Positions 12,980 through 26,845 are shown, counted from the first letter of the stretch. The stretch is DNA of 64,000 bases from the human T2T-CHM13v2.0 reference genome, Homo sapiens (GCF_009914755.1 NC_060925.1); one strand, 5' to 3'. The notes: generated by a model from the sequence alone, not told the origin. Numbers and translations: made by a program.

Positions 12980-13255
12980 GTTATCAATTTTACAAATGAA
13001 GAAACTAAAGCACAGAGAGGTTAGGTAACTTTCCCACAGTCACACAGGTAATATTTAACAGAGCTAAGACTCAAAGTTAGGCAGGTTCATTACAGAGTCT
13101 GAGCCTTTATCATTTTACTATCTCTTTCTAATATTTAATTTTTACAGAAATCTTATTTTACAAAGAAAATTGGACACAGAAAGGTCAAGTAACTTCTCAA
13201 GGCCACATATCAAGTAAGAGATTGCTTTTGGAATTTGAATTCAGACAGTCAGAAT
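12980..13255 (-). mobile_element. Two MIR fragments
   Basis: 'ttttacaaatgaagaaactaaagcacagagaggttaggtaactt', followed by a second core. Confidence 0.8.
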
Positions 13256-13519
13256 AGTTATTTGGTTTTTAAATGGTTTTTACTAATGAAATTAAAATTT
13301 TCTAAATTAAGATCTTTTGAAGTGGTCAGATTATTTTTCTAAAACAGTTCCATCAATTATCATAAGCTGTATCTAATTCAGTATTATGTCTAGTGTTTGG
13401 ATAAGAAATCTTATTGTAAGAAATAAGAGAGGCCTAACAACACCAACTATGATTTCTCAATTAAATAGAAACATGGATTAAACATTTTTATTTTCAATTA
13501 AATTCTCCAAAATAAGCGT

Positions 13520-14355
13520 AATTCAGATTTCACCTCCTTTGAGATTTTTTTGAACTTTATTTCACTTCCATACCCCAACCTTATAACAAAATTAAGTGCT
13601 TTCTCCTCATGGTTTTGTTTTTTTCTTACCTCTGGTTGAGCACAGACCCCACTGTATTATAGTTCTCTGTAAAAATGTTTGCTGCATCAATAAATCAAAA
13701 GTAAAGCATAAATTATTTGTATTCTCAGTGGATATTGCAGTGCCTGGCCTGTAGTAGAAGCTCAATAAATATTCCATATGGTCCTGAACCTGTTCATCTA
13801 TATTTACAGAGCATCCTTCTGCACAGTATGAAGCTGGAAGCTATTGAGAAATAGACAAGAACTTTTGACCCATAATCTCCAGAATCCAGAAGGGAGCAGA
13901 TAAAACACTAGACATAAGAATTTTAAAATCTGACTTCCGATCTTGGCTCTATGTATGACTTTTTAGCTATTGACCACTGTGATTCATTTATCTTTCTATA
14001 AAACAGAAATAATAGTTACCTCCCAGGGTTTCTGTGAGCAATAAATGAGAAAATATGGTAGGACAAATTATAATGTCTATTATGTGTTACTGGTCAACAG
14101 TGTTTACTCTATTAACATTAATCTAGCCATTTATTAAGCTGCTGTGACATGTCACCTTTTCTGCCAACCATTCTATATATTATTTTATGTAATCCTCATA
14201 AAAACTCTTTATTCAGCTAATGATGTGCTAATTTTACAGATAAACTGAGATTCAGAGAGGTTAGGTAAGTTGCTCAATGTCACACAACTAGAAAGTAAGA
14301 GACATGGAATTTCAGCTCAGAATGCCTGAATACAATCTCTGCCCTTAGACACTAT
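13520..14355. mobile_element. Cluster of L2 ends and MIRs in both orientations
   Basis: L2 'gtgcctggcctgtagtagaagctcaataaatatt'; MIR cores near 13980 (+) and 14235 (-). Confidence 0.7.
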
Positions 14356-14690
14356 TATTTTTTTTTCTGCAAAGCAATATCTAAAACATTGCACATCATT
14401 ATGCTCTTAAAAAGCTATATATTCTAAACCATAAATACTAAAAAGACATAGATTTTGCAGGGAGCAATACAAAATAAAGACTTCCTAGATGACTTTAGTT
14501 TTGGAGCTGAAAGTGACCCTGCACTAGTAGAATCAGGATTTAGAAAATGCCAAATGACTTCCAAGTTTCTTGCCTATTCCAAATTTTGTTTCCAATCTAC
14601 GAACTACTGAATGTTTCAGTTGAATGTCTCAAGGACTGTTCAAGCTCAACAGATCTAAAATTAAATTAATCCATCTTTTTCTTCTACCTT

Positions 14691-15515
14691 TGATGCAGAA
14701 GGGGGGCAGGGAAGTGCTGGGAGGAGAAGGGGGAGGTCCCTGATGAGGGCTGCATCCCTCGGCGTGTGCCCATGGACCTAGGTGAGGAGAGGCACTCCTG
14801 CCTTCACGCCCAAATGTTGCATTTCCCAAGACCAACCTCTCCTGCCACACCACCATCCTGTGCCTGTAAAAACCCCCAAGACCCTAGCAGGCAGACAAAC
14901 AAGTGGCTGGATGTGGAGAGGAACACATTGGTGGAAGAAGACACAAGTAGCTGAACGTCGAGGGGAGCACGCCAGCGGAAGAGCACATGACAGATGTTGG
15001 CACACCGGCAGGCCATCTACCAGTAGAGAGAGGGGAAGTTTGGCCTCGGCAGTCCCTGAGGAGACCCCAGGCCGCTCAGCAGCCCGACTCCAGGAGAAAA
15101 CCTTCCTACTCCATCCCCTTCTGGCTTCCCCCATCTGCTGAGAGCTGCCTCCACTCAATAAAACCTTACACTCATTCTCCAAGTCCAGGTGTGATCCGAT
15201 TCTTCTGGTACACCAAGGCAAGAACCCGGGATTCAGAAAGCCCTCTGTCTTTGCAACGAGGTAGAGGATCTAATTTTGCTGGTTAACACAAGCCGCCTAT
15301 AGATGACAAAACTAAAAGAGCACATGGTAACACACGCCCACTGGGGCTTTAGGAGCTGTGAACATCCAACCCTAGACTCTGCCGAGGGGTCAGAGCCCAA
15401 CAACCTACTTGTCTGTATGCTCCCCTAGAGGTTTGAGCATCGGAGCACTGAAGAAGCGAGCCACACCCCCTATCGCACGCCCTGCGAAGGGGACAAGGGA
15501 ACTTTTCCCGTTTCA
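14691..15515 (+). mobile_element. LTR1B-like ERV1 solo LTR inserted in an L2
   Basis: TG...CA termini ('tgatgcagaag' to 'gggaacttttcccgtttca'), internal AATAAA, 825 bp, GC-rich; matches recalled LTR1B. TSD is degenerate. Confidence 0.85.
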
Positions 15516-15953
15516 CAATGACTTATGTGCTACTCTCTCCCCCATTCCCCCCCATTATTGTTTTCTTCCCCTGTGTTATTGCATCGTATCTATGGACTAC
15601 AACTCAACCCTCTCCCAAAAGCTCAAGTCAGAAATATAGAATTCCTGCTTCAACCCTTTCTCTCTCCCATAATGTTTTCTTAAATTCCCCCACTTCTGCT
15701 TCTTCCAACCTTTCCTACCATATAATGGAAATACCCAGTGTTAACTACAGCAGCTTGTATCAGGGTCAATCCTCCCAATCTGTTCTCCAAACTTCATCCA
15801 GAGGAGGGATGCTGGCTGAAGTTTGGAATGCGCTTCAGATCAAGCTGCTCCTTCAGGCAAATATTTGAAAAGATTCTCTTTGCCTTGGGGTGGGGACATG
15901 GGGGAGCAAATATTTTAGCAGGTTTTACAGTCCTCAACAAAGCTTTATCCTAC

Positions 15954-16341
15954 AGTATTATTCCATTTCCGCACCATTATAAAGAACTGCCTGAGCCTGG
16001 GTAATTTATAAAGGAAAGTGTTTTAATTGACTCACATTTCAGCATGGCTGGGGAGGCCTCAGGAAACTTACAATCACGGGGGAAGGCAAAGGGGAAGCAA
16101 GGCACCTTCTTCAAAAGTCGGCAGGAAAGAGAAGTGCCCAGCGAAGGCGGAAGAACCCCTTATAAAACCATCAGATCTCGTAAGAATTCACTCTGTATCA
16201 CAAGAACAGCACTAGGGAACCACTCCCGTGATTCAATTACCTGCACCTTGTGTCTCCCTTGACACATGGGGATTATGGGGATTTGGGGGAACTACAATTC
16301 AAGATGAGATTTTGATGGGGACACAAAGCCTAATCATATCA
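15954..16341 (-). mobile_element. THE1D solo LTR
   Basis: Antisense THE1D ending 'gacacaaagcctaatcatatca'; TSD cctac/tctac. Confidence 0.9.
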
Positions 16342-17079
16342 TCTACTCACCCTACTGGAAACCTGCTGACAGCTCCACTGTCCTCTAGCTACATTAAACT
16401 TCTCACAGTTTGGGCTTTTTGTCTTTGAAATTCTTTCTGATGGGATTGTGCCAATACCCCCTCCACCCACTCACTTTCTCTGCCTAACTTGTATTAAAAT
16501 TATCTGCTTATTGTCTGTTTCCAGACTTCAAATTCTATGCTATATTTTGTAGTACCTAGCTTAGTGCCTGGCTCCTGATGCAAAATGACTCTCTCTCTCT
16601 CTCTCCCCTCCAACCCCATCTCTATTTCTTTCTTTATCTATCTCTCTCTATCTCTTTACCTACCTATCCATGTTGGTAGGTTGTGTATTATACAAAAGTA
16701 ACATCTAACCAGTTAAAAGAGAAGTAATTCTTTGACTGTGGGTCAGGTGTTCTGATTTTCATTATCTAGCTTTAATTTTAATAAAATAGCTCACCTTCAA
16801 GAAATGTCCCAAAACTTCTAGCTAACAGCAGGTTTATTTTTATACTTGCTCAATACAATATAATTTATAGGCAAAATATATTCCTCTAATCTCAGTCACT
16901 TCCCAATTTAAATGTAGATGCAACTTACAAAATATTTGCTAAAATTTTGTTGTGACCACACAAAAAAAAAATTCTGTAGTTTGCTTCTCTGTTTTTGCTT
17001 TGTCCAAATGACTTCATATGTTGAATTCAAATTCTCAGCCCAGAGATTAATATTTTAAAAAAATGCCTACATATATTCA

Positions 17080-17200
17080 TATTTATCTAACAGAACATTT
17101 TTGAGGACCTATTATATACTAGGCACATTACTAGTTCCTAAGGATAAACAAAGGTTTTGAAAATATCTCCAATCTCTAGAAGCCTACAGTGCATGGAGGC
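17080..17200 (-). mobile_element. L2 3' fragment
   Basis: 'catttttgaggacctattatatactaggcac'. Confidence 0.65.
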
Positions 17201-20200
17201 TGATAATGTTCACATTCAGTGAAATAACATCCAAGAATGCTGAATCCAATGTTTGCTACATAGAAGGCACTCAACTAATATTAGAATAAATAATCAGTAT
17301 GTGATATGGTAATTACTATTTTACTGGTTTATTCAGAAACCTCATTCAACATCCTCTTTGCATCTGAAATTATTTTATACAACACAAAATTACAAATATA
17401 TTAACCAAATACATTTTTATTTACAAAACTAACATCTCTAAAGTCCACAAGCATCTAACACATATCCAGAACAGATGTGAGGAGGGAGGACAATTAATGT
17501 TATATTAAATAAAAGAAAACTGATACATAGAAGCAAATTCAAAATCTAAATCACTGCCATTATTTTAGCTATTTTGTTTTTGTCCTAGTGCTAATGTCAC
17601 CGAATAATTTTAAATGGCTTTAAAGTAGCATGTTTGTTGTTTTGCCACAGATTAGGGAAATCATGGTTTACTGGCCAACTCACTGACCTTCCAAAATCCT
17701 GAGTTAAAATCCTCTTAGCACAAGTTGTTTTAATGTGAACTTAATACAGAAACTCAGAACCTGAGAAAGGAGATCTGAAAGGCACCTTTCTGAAAAACAA
17801 TTGATTTGCTTCATTTCATTGAAATGGCTAATGCTTTGATGGTTCATATTTACAATGGCTTGTCCTGCTTTTCAATGGAGTTGATATGTTGGAGTCTTTA
17901 ACACCATAAACTTGATCAGAACTTCCTCAGTAATAAACAGACGGGTTTAAGGGGTGTGCCCCTCCTCACCAGGCCTCCGGAGCCCATTTGCGTACCAATT
18001 TGTAGCTAAAGACATGGAGAATGGTGTTCTTCATGCTCAACTGCCCCAGGTAGTTGAAAATAGTTCTGGGAAGCTCAATATGCAAACTGGTTAGGAGCCT
18101 GAAAGGCTTCAAAGAGAAGAAAATTTGACCTTCCTTAGTAAAAGGCTATTGCTCAGTTAAATTCACTTTTAGGTAGGGAATTTCCATAGCATTTATAAAA
18201 CACATGAAGAATGTCATTTTCCTTTAATTGACTTCCTAAACAACCCAGAAAACTAAAAGCTGGAATTCTAGTTTGTACGTTTTTTCTAAATGCCAAAGAC
18301 GTGTCAAATTTCGTATCTTACTTCCTGGGTCAAAATGTGTCAAAATTTACTCTTATGGTGAATCCCATGGTTGAAATGCGTGCCTGTTAAAGAGCCAGGG
18401 ACATCAAGGGACACATACCTCTCCTGTACATTAATGCATATAACACTGAGGCTGAAACTTCAGCAGCTATGGGTTTGGTTTTTGTTTGTTTGTTTGTTTG
18501 TTTGTTCTTCCTTTTCAACTCCACTCTTTTGGAGTTGTTCTGGGTAAGTGTATTTTCTTTCTTTACTTTTGAACAGCAGATCTGATTTACTTGGGGTCAC
18601 TTTGGAATAAAGCTAGTTGAATTATTGAATTAATACAAAATGCTAATTCACTATGCTCCTCACCTTTTTTTTTTTTTTGTAATACCAGGTTTTTGTTGAA
18701 CAGGTATATCCTATACAAGGCTCAGCTCTCACGCAGTTTATTTTCCTATCAGTTTGCAAAGGAATTTTGCCATGGCAGCATTTGGGTCTGTTATAGTAAG
18801 TTCAGGGTTAACCTAACCGAGTCACTAACAAAAATTCTTACCAATACCCTAAAAAGTAAAATAAGTCCACAGGGGTCATACCTCAGTATCCAGGGATAGA
18901 AAAAGTATCCTCTGCCGGTCTGCAGAAAATCCTTGACAACTAATACCATCCCAACCCCTCCACACTCCTGCCTACAAAGATTTACCTTAACTCCTTATGG
19001 AAAACCTCAGGCCAAAAATTAAGGCACATTTTTCTGCCTTATTGTGAATTCTTACTCAATTTCTCACCTAGATTTCAACAAAATCTCTTTGTGATTCCCA
19101 GCCCTATTTTTAGTGTACTGCTTCTGTATTGAACCTATTTCTTTGTGTAATAAAAAAAAAAGACTTGCAGATTTTCATAAAAAAGTGGCAATCGTAGTAA
19201 TAGTATGATTTATAGTAAAAAGTCATTTGTGCAGGAGACAAAAGATGAAATGAAACAATTGTATTCAGGATTTCTCAAGTATTTTTAGTTTGAATAAAAT
19301 AAGCAGTTTGGGAATTATTTAAATCACCTTTGAAAACAAATCCCAACCTACAAGAGCTATTAAGGATCAGAAAGCTTTGGTGTGAAGCTGTTCATTATCA
19401 AGGGAACATTACAAAGGAAGAGTTCTATCTCTTAAAAAGCCAAATCAAATTTTAAATCAAATTAAACCATAATATTGGTAAATTTCTTCTATTATTTTTA
19501 ATGTGTATTATGTGTATGTATATGCATATGTGTGTGTATGAGAATAATATACTGCTCTTTCTGCCTCTGCTATCCAAACTGTCCAGCAATTGATAAAAAA
19601 AAAGAAAATCTTATTTCCAACTATTGTAATATTTGTTGTTATAAAAAGACATACAAATAATTTTTTTCCTTAATTTTCTTCTTTAGGAGCTTAGTTCCCA
19701 CATAAATAAGAGAATATTTACATATATAAAATTAAGATAAATAATTAAAGCTAAATTATTCTTTTTAACTAATAATCTGAGTATTTCAGATTATATAGTC
19801 ACAGACTTAATATCAATAGAGATGAAAAATTAATCTGATGGCTCCAAATGTTTATATGTATATGTGTTTTTATTTATTTGTGTCATCTCAAGTTAATCAA
19901 TAAATAATGGCCTGGCAGCAAAATTCTGGAACCCCTTTTGCACTTCAGCAATGGTGCATAATCCCAGCAGAAATATGAAAGAAAATTTTAAATCCATTTC
20001 TGACTCTTTTGTTAGACTGCTAGGTTACACTTCAAAACTCACCTTTCCTGTGTTTGTCTCACCTAGAAAACTGGGCTAAAATTCTTCCTTCTTCACAGAT
20101 AATTTATATAAAAATGCCCCCCATTACATATCAAGTACAAAATAGTGTTGTCAATTTCCATATTCCTTTGAAGAAGAATTATTGTGAAACAACCTGCACA

Positions 20201-20929
20201 GTTACAAATGAAAGGTGAAAATTTAAGGAGAATAATAATCGATAGCTGTGAAATTTCAAAGGCTATGAAATCCAATTAGACAAGGGAAGAGTTAAAATAT
20301 GAGGACTCCCAAAAGCTTAGATGACTTTGGAAACACAGATCAAAAACAAAGAGACGGAAAGTATAATTAACTCCATTACTGCTCAGTCAAATGAAAACAG
20401 CCATGACATCCTTTCTTATTTATGACACCAGCAAATAGCTCAATTCCACTCCTGGATATTGCTGTAGGACAGCACTGGTTCCACAGCCGGTGAAACAGAA
20501 ACAACCTGCTAAAATTTATGTCACTAGATCATGTTATAGATGTAAGATTTATGCAGAAGTCCCATAAAAATTAAGTAGCTTTTATATCTTCTTATAACAA
20601 TTCTTTCTCTCTAGCAAACAAAAGTCTATATATAGAAAGCTGGAATTTTCTGAAGTCCATTTAGAATAATAATAAGCATTTTTACTTAAATATATATTTA
20701 GTCTCAGATATTGGATGTTACCAATAACAATAACAATAAAAAGTCCTTATGTAATCAAGCCATCTATTTACATTTATGAAATATTTTCATTTCTGAGTTG
20801 TCTTCCTTAGTAACTAGAAAATTCATCAATGTGGTATATATTCACCATTGTACAGAAGGTGCAAAAGAAAGAGTGGCAAAGGGAATACACAAGTCACTCA
20901 CATTTTCTGGAATGTCCTTCAATTGTTTT

Positions 20930-21285
20930 CCACCTTTATTCTAATCTTTCTGGTGAAACCTTGCCTCCCCACTTTACCTCCCGATCTTCAACCCAGTTGG
21001 AAATAATGTTACCCTCCTTTGAACAATGGAAGCACTTGCTAACCTTAGTCTGTTAGCTTTGAGAACAGGAATTGTATCTTAATTACTGATATTTCTACTG
21101 CCTATGACAGTTTCTGGTGTGTAGTAGTTACTTGATAAATGTATGTATCAGTAAGAAATTTCATGTACATATACATTCCATTACCCCAAGTCAGATGGCA
21201 GGGACTCCCTTAGATTTGTCTGTATCTATCTTCAGTGCCTAGAAAAGGTATGAATAGATGCTCAATAAATATTAGTTGGTTGTCT
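20930..21285 (+). mobile_element. L2 3' ends
   Basis: 'gtagtagttacttgataaatg' and 'tagatgctcaataaatattagttg'. Confidence 0.65.
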
Positions 21286-21319
21286 AATTTCCTGAGTTTA
21301 ATAGTTTTACAACAATATA

Positions 21320-21800
21320 ATACCTCTTATTCACAGCTGGTAAGAGTATAAATTGGTGCAACTATTTAATGGCAATTTGTTTTTACACTTAGTGTCAAGA
21401 CTGTTCATAGCAGCATAGTTTGTAAGTGTGAAAAGAGATAATGGATTACAAGTGACGTATTCATATAAGAAATGTCATAGAATAGTGAAAAAGTATCAAC
21501 TACACAAGCCATCATAGATGACCCTCCCAGAGATATGGAGAAAAAAATTGCATATCATTTACATAAAGTTTTAAAGCATAAAACCAATACTATCTATTGA
21601 GTCATATGCTATACATCATAACTATATTTTTAATGCATTGGAATAAAAAGCACTAAAGTACTTTTAACCGTGTGGTTAGTAAGGTAAGGAAAGAATATTG
21701 CAGTCATGCAGAGGTTTACAGGAACATGGGACACTGCAGAGGCCAGTTGCATTGGTAATGTTTTACTTTCTGAGCTGGATGCTGAAAACATGAAATTTCT
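21320..21800 (+). mobile_element. Ancient L1ME 3' fragment
   Basis: 'gctggtaagagtataaattggtgcaacta' and 'tgttcatagcagcatagtttgtaa'. Confidence 0.6.
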
Positions 21801-21805
21801 AATTA

Positions 21806-21948
21806 CACAGTCCCCAACTTACAATAGTTTGACTTTTTTTATCTTTACCATGGGTTTACCGGGGTGCTAAATGCATTTTTTACTTAGTATTTTCGTCTTA
21901 CAATGGGTTTATGGGCACGTAACACCATTGTAAGTTAAGGAGTATCTG
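21806..21948 (-). mobile_element. MER47C-like Tigger MITE
   Basis: Terminal inverted repeats containing 'aacttacaat' and 'attgtaagtt'; TA flanks. Confidence 0.8.
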
Positions 21949-22341
21949 TACTGTTACTCTCTTTACCTTTCTATAAATCTCAAGTAGTTTTTAAAGAACT
22001 AAGAATAGAATATTAACAAGATAGTAGCTAATCTACCATGGCATAAATATCCTAATTTGATTCTTCTTTTTATTGTTTCAAAGTTAAATAAAACACTGCC
22101 TTCAACAGAACTGTGCACAGACATGAAGGGCGCCCTTTAGATCAAACACAGCAAAGGGACATAAACCGCAAATACGGAAGCCCACGAAAAGCGGTAGGAG
22201 AACTTTGAAAGCAAAGAAATGTACTCTGTAACCACTCAGTAATTATATGAATAGAGCTAGAGTGGTCAAGAAGCCACCAGAGGTCCCCTTCTGCCAACAG
22301 TCTCATCCTGAGGAAGGCTCTCCTCCATTATTTTTATAAAT

Positions 22342-22470
22342 TAGGTGACCCCATAACTTATCCACATAACATAGTTTTGAAAGTGACGAGGAACACTAAT
22401 AAAAGTTTCACTGGGACAAAAAATGTAAACCAGGACAGTCCTAGACAAACCAGGATGAGTAGGTGCACTA
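22342..22470 (+). mobile_element. MER94 (hAT-Blackjack)
   Basis: 'taggtgacc...ttttgaaagtga...gtaaaccaggacagtcctagacaaaccagga'. Confidence 0.7.
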
Positions 22471-22529
22471 TGACTACAAAGTCACCATTGCTAGATGTCC
22501 CATTGAAGTATCTAATTTAGTGGATTTTA

Positions 22530-22920
22530 TGAAGTCAACATGAAAAGGGAAGTGTAAATGTTCTTTGATTAGGTTTCTAACAACATAGACACTCGATTTA
22601 AAATACTATTTTTTTTTATGAACTGGAAAATAAACTGACAAAAATCAGGTGGACATAGAGGGGAGGGGAACTAAATTCCTCTTCTTTCATAGTGACCCGT
22701 CTAGAGATTTTGTCTAAAATTGATCAATCAGGAATAGCCATTGCAGGCATTTATTTTAGAGTAATAGTGGCAATTTAGGAAGTTTTAAGTGGTTATCTCC
22801 AGGGAGTGGAATTGCAGATGAAGGAGCAATTAGGAGGCTTTTCATTTTATATCCTTTGATATGGTTTGAGACCTTCTTTACTGTAAGCATGCATTATTTT
22901 TATAACTTAAAAATGTTAAA
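22530..22920 (+). mobile_element. L1MC-type 3' fragment
   Basis: Degenerate L1 3'UTR, e.g. 'aagtggttatctccagggagtgg'. Confidence 0.55.
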
Positions 22921-22924
22921 AATT

Positions 22925-23219
22925 GGCTGGGTGCAGTGGCTCACACCTGTAATCCCAGCACTTTGGGAGGCCATGGTGAGTGGATCACTTGAGCCCAGGA
23001 GATCGAGACCAGCAACATAGTGAAACCATGTCTCTACAGAAAATACAAGAATTAGCCAAGCATGGTGGCAGGTGCCTGTAGTCCCAGCTGCTTGGGAGGC
23101 TGAGGTGAGATAATTGCTTGAGCCTGGGAGATCGAAGCTGCAGTGAGCTAAGATTGTGTCACTGTACTCCAACCTGGGCAACAGAGGGAGACCCCGTCTC
23201 AAAAAAAAAAAAAAAAAAA
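22925..23219 (+). mobile_element. AluJ
   Basis: Dimer plus poly(A). Confidence 0.95.
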
Positions 23220-23289
23220 GTAAAAAATTAGAAAAATTACAATTACAATACCCAGAATTGACAAAGGCATTGGGTAACTAACAGTAATA

Positions 23290-23490
23290 CCTGATAAGCA
23301 ATGAGCATTTAATATATGCCATGTACTGTGTTAAATGCTTAATGTGGGTTATCTCGTTTAATCTTCACAACCCCAGAAGAAACGGAAATAGTGGGAGGTA
23401 ATTTAACTTGTCCAAAGTCACACAGCTGGACCTGAGATTTACGCCCAGATAATCTCACTCCAAAGCCCAGTCCCTGAAATCATTCTTCTA
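23290..23490 (-). mobile_element. MIR
   Basis: 'aacttgtccaaagtcacacagct'. Confidence 0.75.
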
Positions 23491-23509
23491 TTCTACCTCC
23501 CACTTGAAC

Positions 23510-23910
23510 ATTACGTTGCAGTGAGTAGAAATTAATACACGTTTCCATATGGTATTTTGATAACATGTATCAAAACTTCTAGAGTGCGCATACCCTTTGA
23601 CCCAGAAATTCCATTTCCATGTCTTTATGATAAGAAATAATAGTAAATATGCCCCAAGGGATATATGAAAGGGCATCCATCTCAACAATGCGTATGAAAG
23701 CAAAAAAATAGATATTCATCAACGGAAATTGATTTTGTAAAATTATAATATACTCATACAATAGAATACTCTCAATCTGGACTTGTTTACATGGAAGATT
23801 TACATCCATACTTTTGTATTAAAAAAGCAAGTTGCAAAACAATGTGCATATATGATCTTCTTTATGTAAAAAATAAAAATGTATATACATGTACACAGAA
23901 ACTAGTCTGG
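23510..23910 (+). mobile_element. L1ME 3' fragment
   Basis: 'gcataccctttgacccagaaattccatttc'. Confidence 0.7.
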
Positions 23911-24035
23911 AAGGCTTTCCCACAAATGCCATTTTCTGAGAAAGGTCATCTCTGACAACTTGACCTAAGCAGTTCTTCCCCTGTTGATTTTTCATCATGA
24001 TTCTCTGTTTTTGGTCTTCATAAGAGTATTTTATA

Positions 24036-24348
24036 GGCTGGGCGTGGAGGCTCACACCTGTAATCCCAACACTTTGGGAGGCCATAGCAGGATTGCTTAA
24101 GCCCAGGAGTTGGAGACCAGCCTAGGCAACATAGGGAAACCCTGTCCCTACAAAAAATAAAAAATTAGCCAGGTATGGTGTCATGTACCTGTAGTTCCAA
24201 CTACTTGGGAGGCTGTGGTGGCAGGATCCCTTTAGCCCAGGATGTCGAGGCTGCAATGAGCCATGATCGCGCCACTACACTCCAGCCCGGGTGATAGAGC
24301 ATGACCCTGTCTCAAAAAAAAAAAAAAAGAAAGAAAGAAAGAAAGAAA
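24036..24348 (+). mobile_element. AluJ inside an L2 3' end (about 23915-24510)
   Basis: Dimer with A/(GAAA)n tail. Confidence 0.95.
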
Positions 24349-26294
24349 GTGTTAGATATACTTATTTGCTTGCATTCTTATTAATTATTTGTGTCTTTCA
24401 CCAACTTTTTACTAAATGAGGGCAGGAATCACATTGGTATCATTCACCACTATTTATCCAGCCTGAGTGGTACAGAATATGTACTCCATATATACTTGTT
24501 AAACTCATGTTGAACACATTCATTTGCTGGCAAATTTTGCTTTCAACTTGATGCCTTCATCCATTGTTTCAACTTTTACAAGAATGGTCAGTATGGGTCT
24601 TATAATTAGGAAAAAAAACCAGTAGAGCTATTTTCATTGTGGTATAGCCAATCAATCAGTCTATCAATAGTAAGGCAGCACTGACAAAGTGAAAAACCTC
24701 GCCAGATTTGCATCCACAAGACTTGATCCAGTTCAGGCACTTACTAGCGTGGGTGTCATGGGTGTCCCTTAAACCTCACCCACATGCTTGCTCCCTTTCT
24801 TTTCTTTTTTAACTTTTAAAGCATAGTTCTGTTATTCTCATTGAGAAATGTATTCCAATATTCATATACAGAGCCAAGAACTGGGTTACCTGCTCCCAGG
24901 AGGCTGGAGAATCTTTCAGTCTCCGTGGCCCTAGGTGGACCAGGAAGAGCCAAGGGGCAGGAACTACAGAGGCAGAGCTGCTGATAATATGCTTTTTCAT
25001 TGTTTTTTTTGTCTTGTTTTTGGAAAGCTTCAGAAGGTGGAGGTCCTAACTTAATGGGCTTTAAAGAAAAAGAGCTTAAAGCTGGCTTAAGGAAGCCAGC
25101 ACTCCCTCTCACTCTTTTCAAAGAGAATAGGCTGACCTAGCCCCAGTCTCACATTGTCAAAAGAATAATAGTCATTCAATAAATATTTGTTGCAAAAAAG
25201 AATGAACAAGTGAATATGTAAAACATTCTTTCCATTGGTCTTGCTGTGGCAGTAAAAGCCATAAAAACCATCACTGAAAAATGTAAGATTTGATAAAATA
25301 GAGTTTGGAGAAGAAAAAAATGTATTTATAAATTAATTTGTTTTCAATATAAGACCTTGTATGTAAGGTTCCAACACAGTGAATTTTTACAGTGAAGCTA
25401 TAAACTCTAAAATGGGGATTATGAACATGGACAATATAATTTATAATACTTGCATAGCTTTCAATTATTCAGGTGCTCAAAGCCCAACAAATTGAATAAT
25501 GAACAGGGGTAATGAATTGAACCCTGAGAAGATGATAACAGAAAAACCTGGGTAGTCACCATGGAGGAATTCACGTACAGAAGTAGCCCTGAACAAAATA
25601 AACTTGTTTGAAGGACACATTTTCTCTCTCAAGCCAAAACATTATGGAACTGTAATGCAAGTAGGAATTGCTTTTAAGAAATACCTGTTAAAGGCATAAA
25701 GCGGCTAAAATAGTATATTTCAGATGACCAAACAGAGAATTAGAATCATAAATTGGCCTGTTACATTCTCAGAGAGTGCAGGTTCTCTATTTCATTATTT
25801 TTAACAACATTGAGTGGGGGGAATGCGGTCATATAAATTATTAAGCACCATCACTTTAGATTTAGGCTTGGAGGTGTGTTGATATTCCACATAATTTAAA
25901 GCACAGAGTTCTTAACAGTATTTCATATAACACTGCAGATCAGAAATTTAAATAATGAAATGTCTTCTGGTCTCACTGTGCAGACCTGGGTTGGGTGATG
26001 CACACTTGTGTCTGCAAGTGAAGGTTCTGAAGGAATGATGGATACTAAGCCTTTTACCCACATCCCTTCTCCCAGTGATACTGCAGACCAGCATAATATG
26101 CACTCGCAAAATATGGTCAGATTTTAATTAAATACAATTTGCTAAAGTCAATAAATATTAACAATTCCTCTCACCTTCAACCCCTATTACCATCATATAC
26201 CTACTTACTCTACACACTCATCATCCTACTACATAAAACGCATTTACTCAAAGCAACTTTAAAAATAATCTCAGTTTTCTAGACTGCAGGCAGG

Positions 26295-26845
26295 GAGGCA
26301 ATACTGTATAGTGATCATTGCTTGCCTATGGGGTCAAACAGTGGTTTCAAATTTCAGCTTCACTGTTTTCTAGATGTGTTTTAAGCAAACTACTTAATCT
26401 TCTAATCTTCAGGTTTTTGAAATCTGCATAATGGGGATAATAATAGTACCTACCTCTGGCCGGGTATGGTGGCTCACACCTGTAATTCCAGCACTTTGGG
26501 AAGAAAGGTGGGCAGATCACTTGAGATCAGGAGTTCAAGACCAACCTGGCCAACATGGCAAAACTCTGTCTCTACTAAAGATCATAAAAATCAGCCGGGC
26601 ATAGTGGCAGCACCTGTAATTCCAGCTACTTGGAAGGCTGAGGCATGAGAATCGCTTGAACCCAAGAGGCAGAGGTTGCAGCCTGGACGACAGAATGAGA
26701 CTTTTCTCAAAAATAAATAAACTAATAAATAATAGTACCTACCTCATAAGATTATTGGGAGTATTAAATAAGATCATATATGCAAAACATTTAGTAAAGT
26801 TCCTTGTTCATAGTTAGTACTCACTAAGTGTTAGCTATTATTACT
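26295..26845 (+). mobile_element. MIR split by an Alu
   Basis: The MIR halves join across the Alu TSD. Confidence 0.85.
26458..26727 (+). mobile_element. AluS with a right-arm deletion
   Basis: 18-bp TSD aataatagtacctacctc (26439-26456, 26728-26745). Confidence 0.95.

Noticed and set aside
14629-15639. Cluster of overlapping ORFs
   Set aside because: They lie in the GC-rich LTR1B, where stops are rare; no gag, pol or env similarity.
16040-16062. PRDM9 hotspot motif position in the THE1 LTRs
   Set aside because: All three copies lack CCTCCCTNNCCAC (they read CCTCCCCAGCCAT, TCTCCCCAGCTAC and CCTCCCCAGCTAT).
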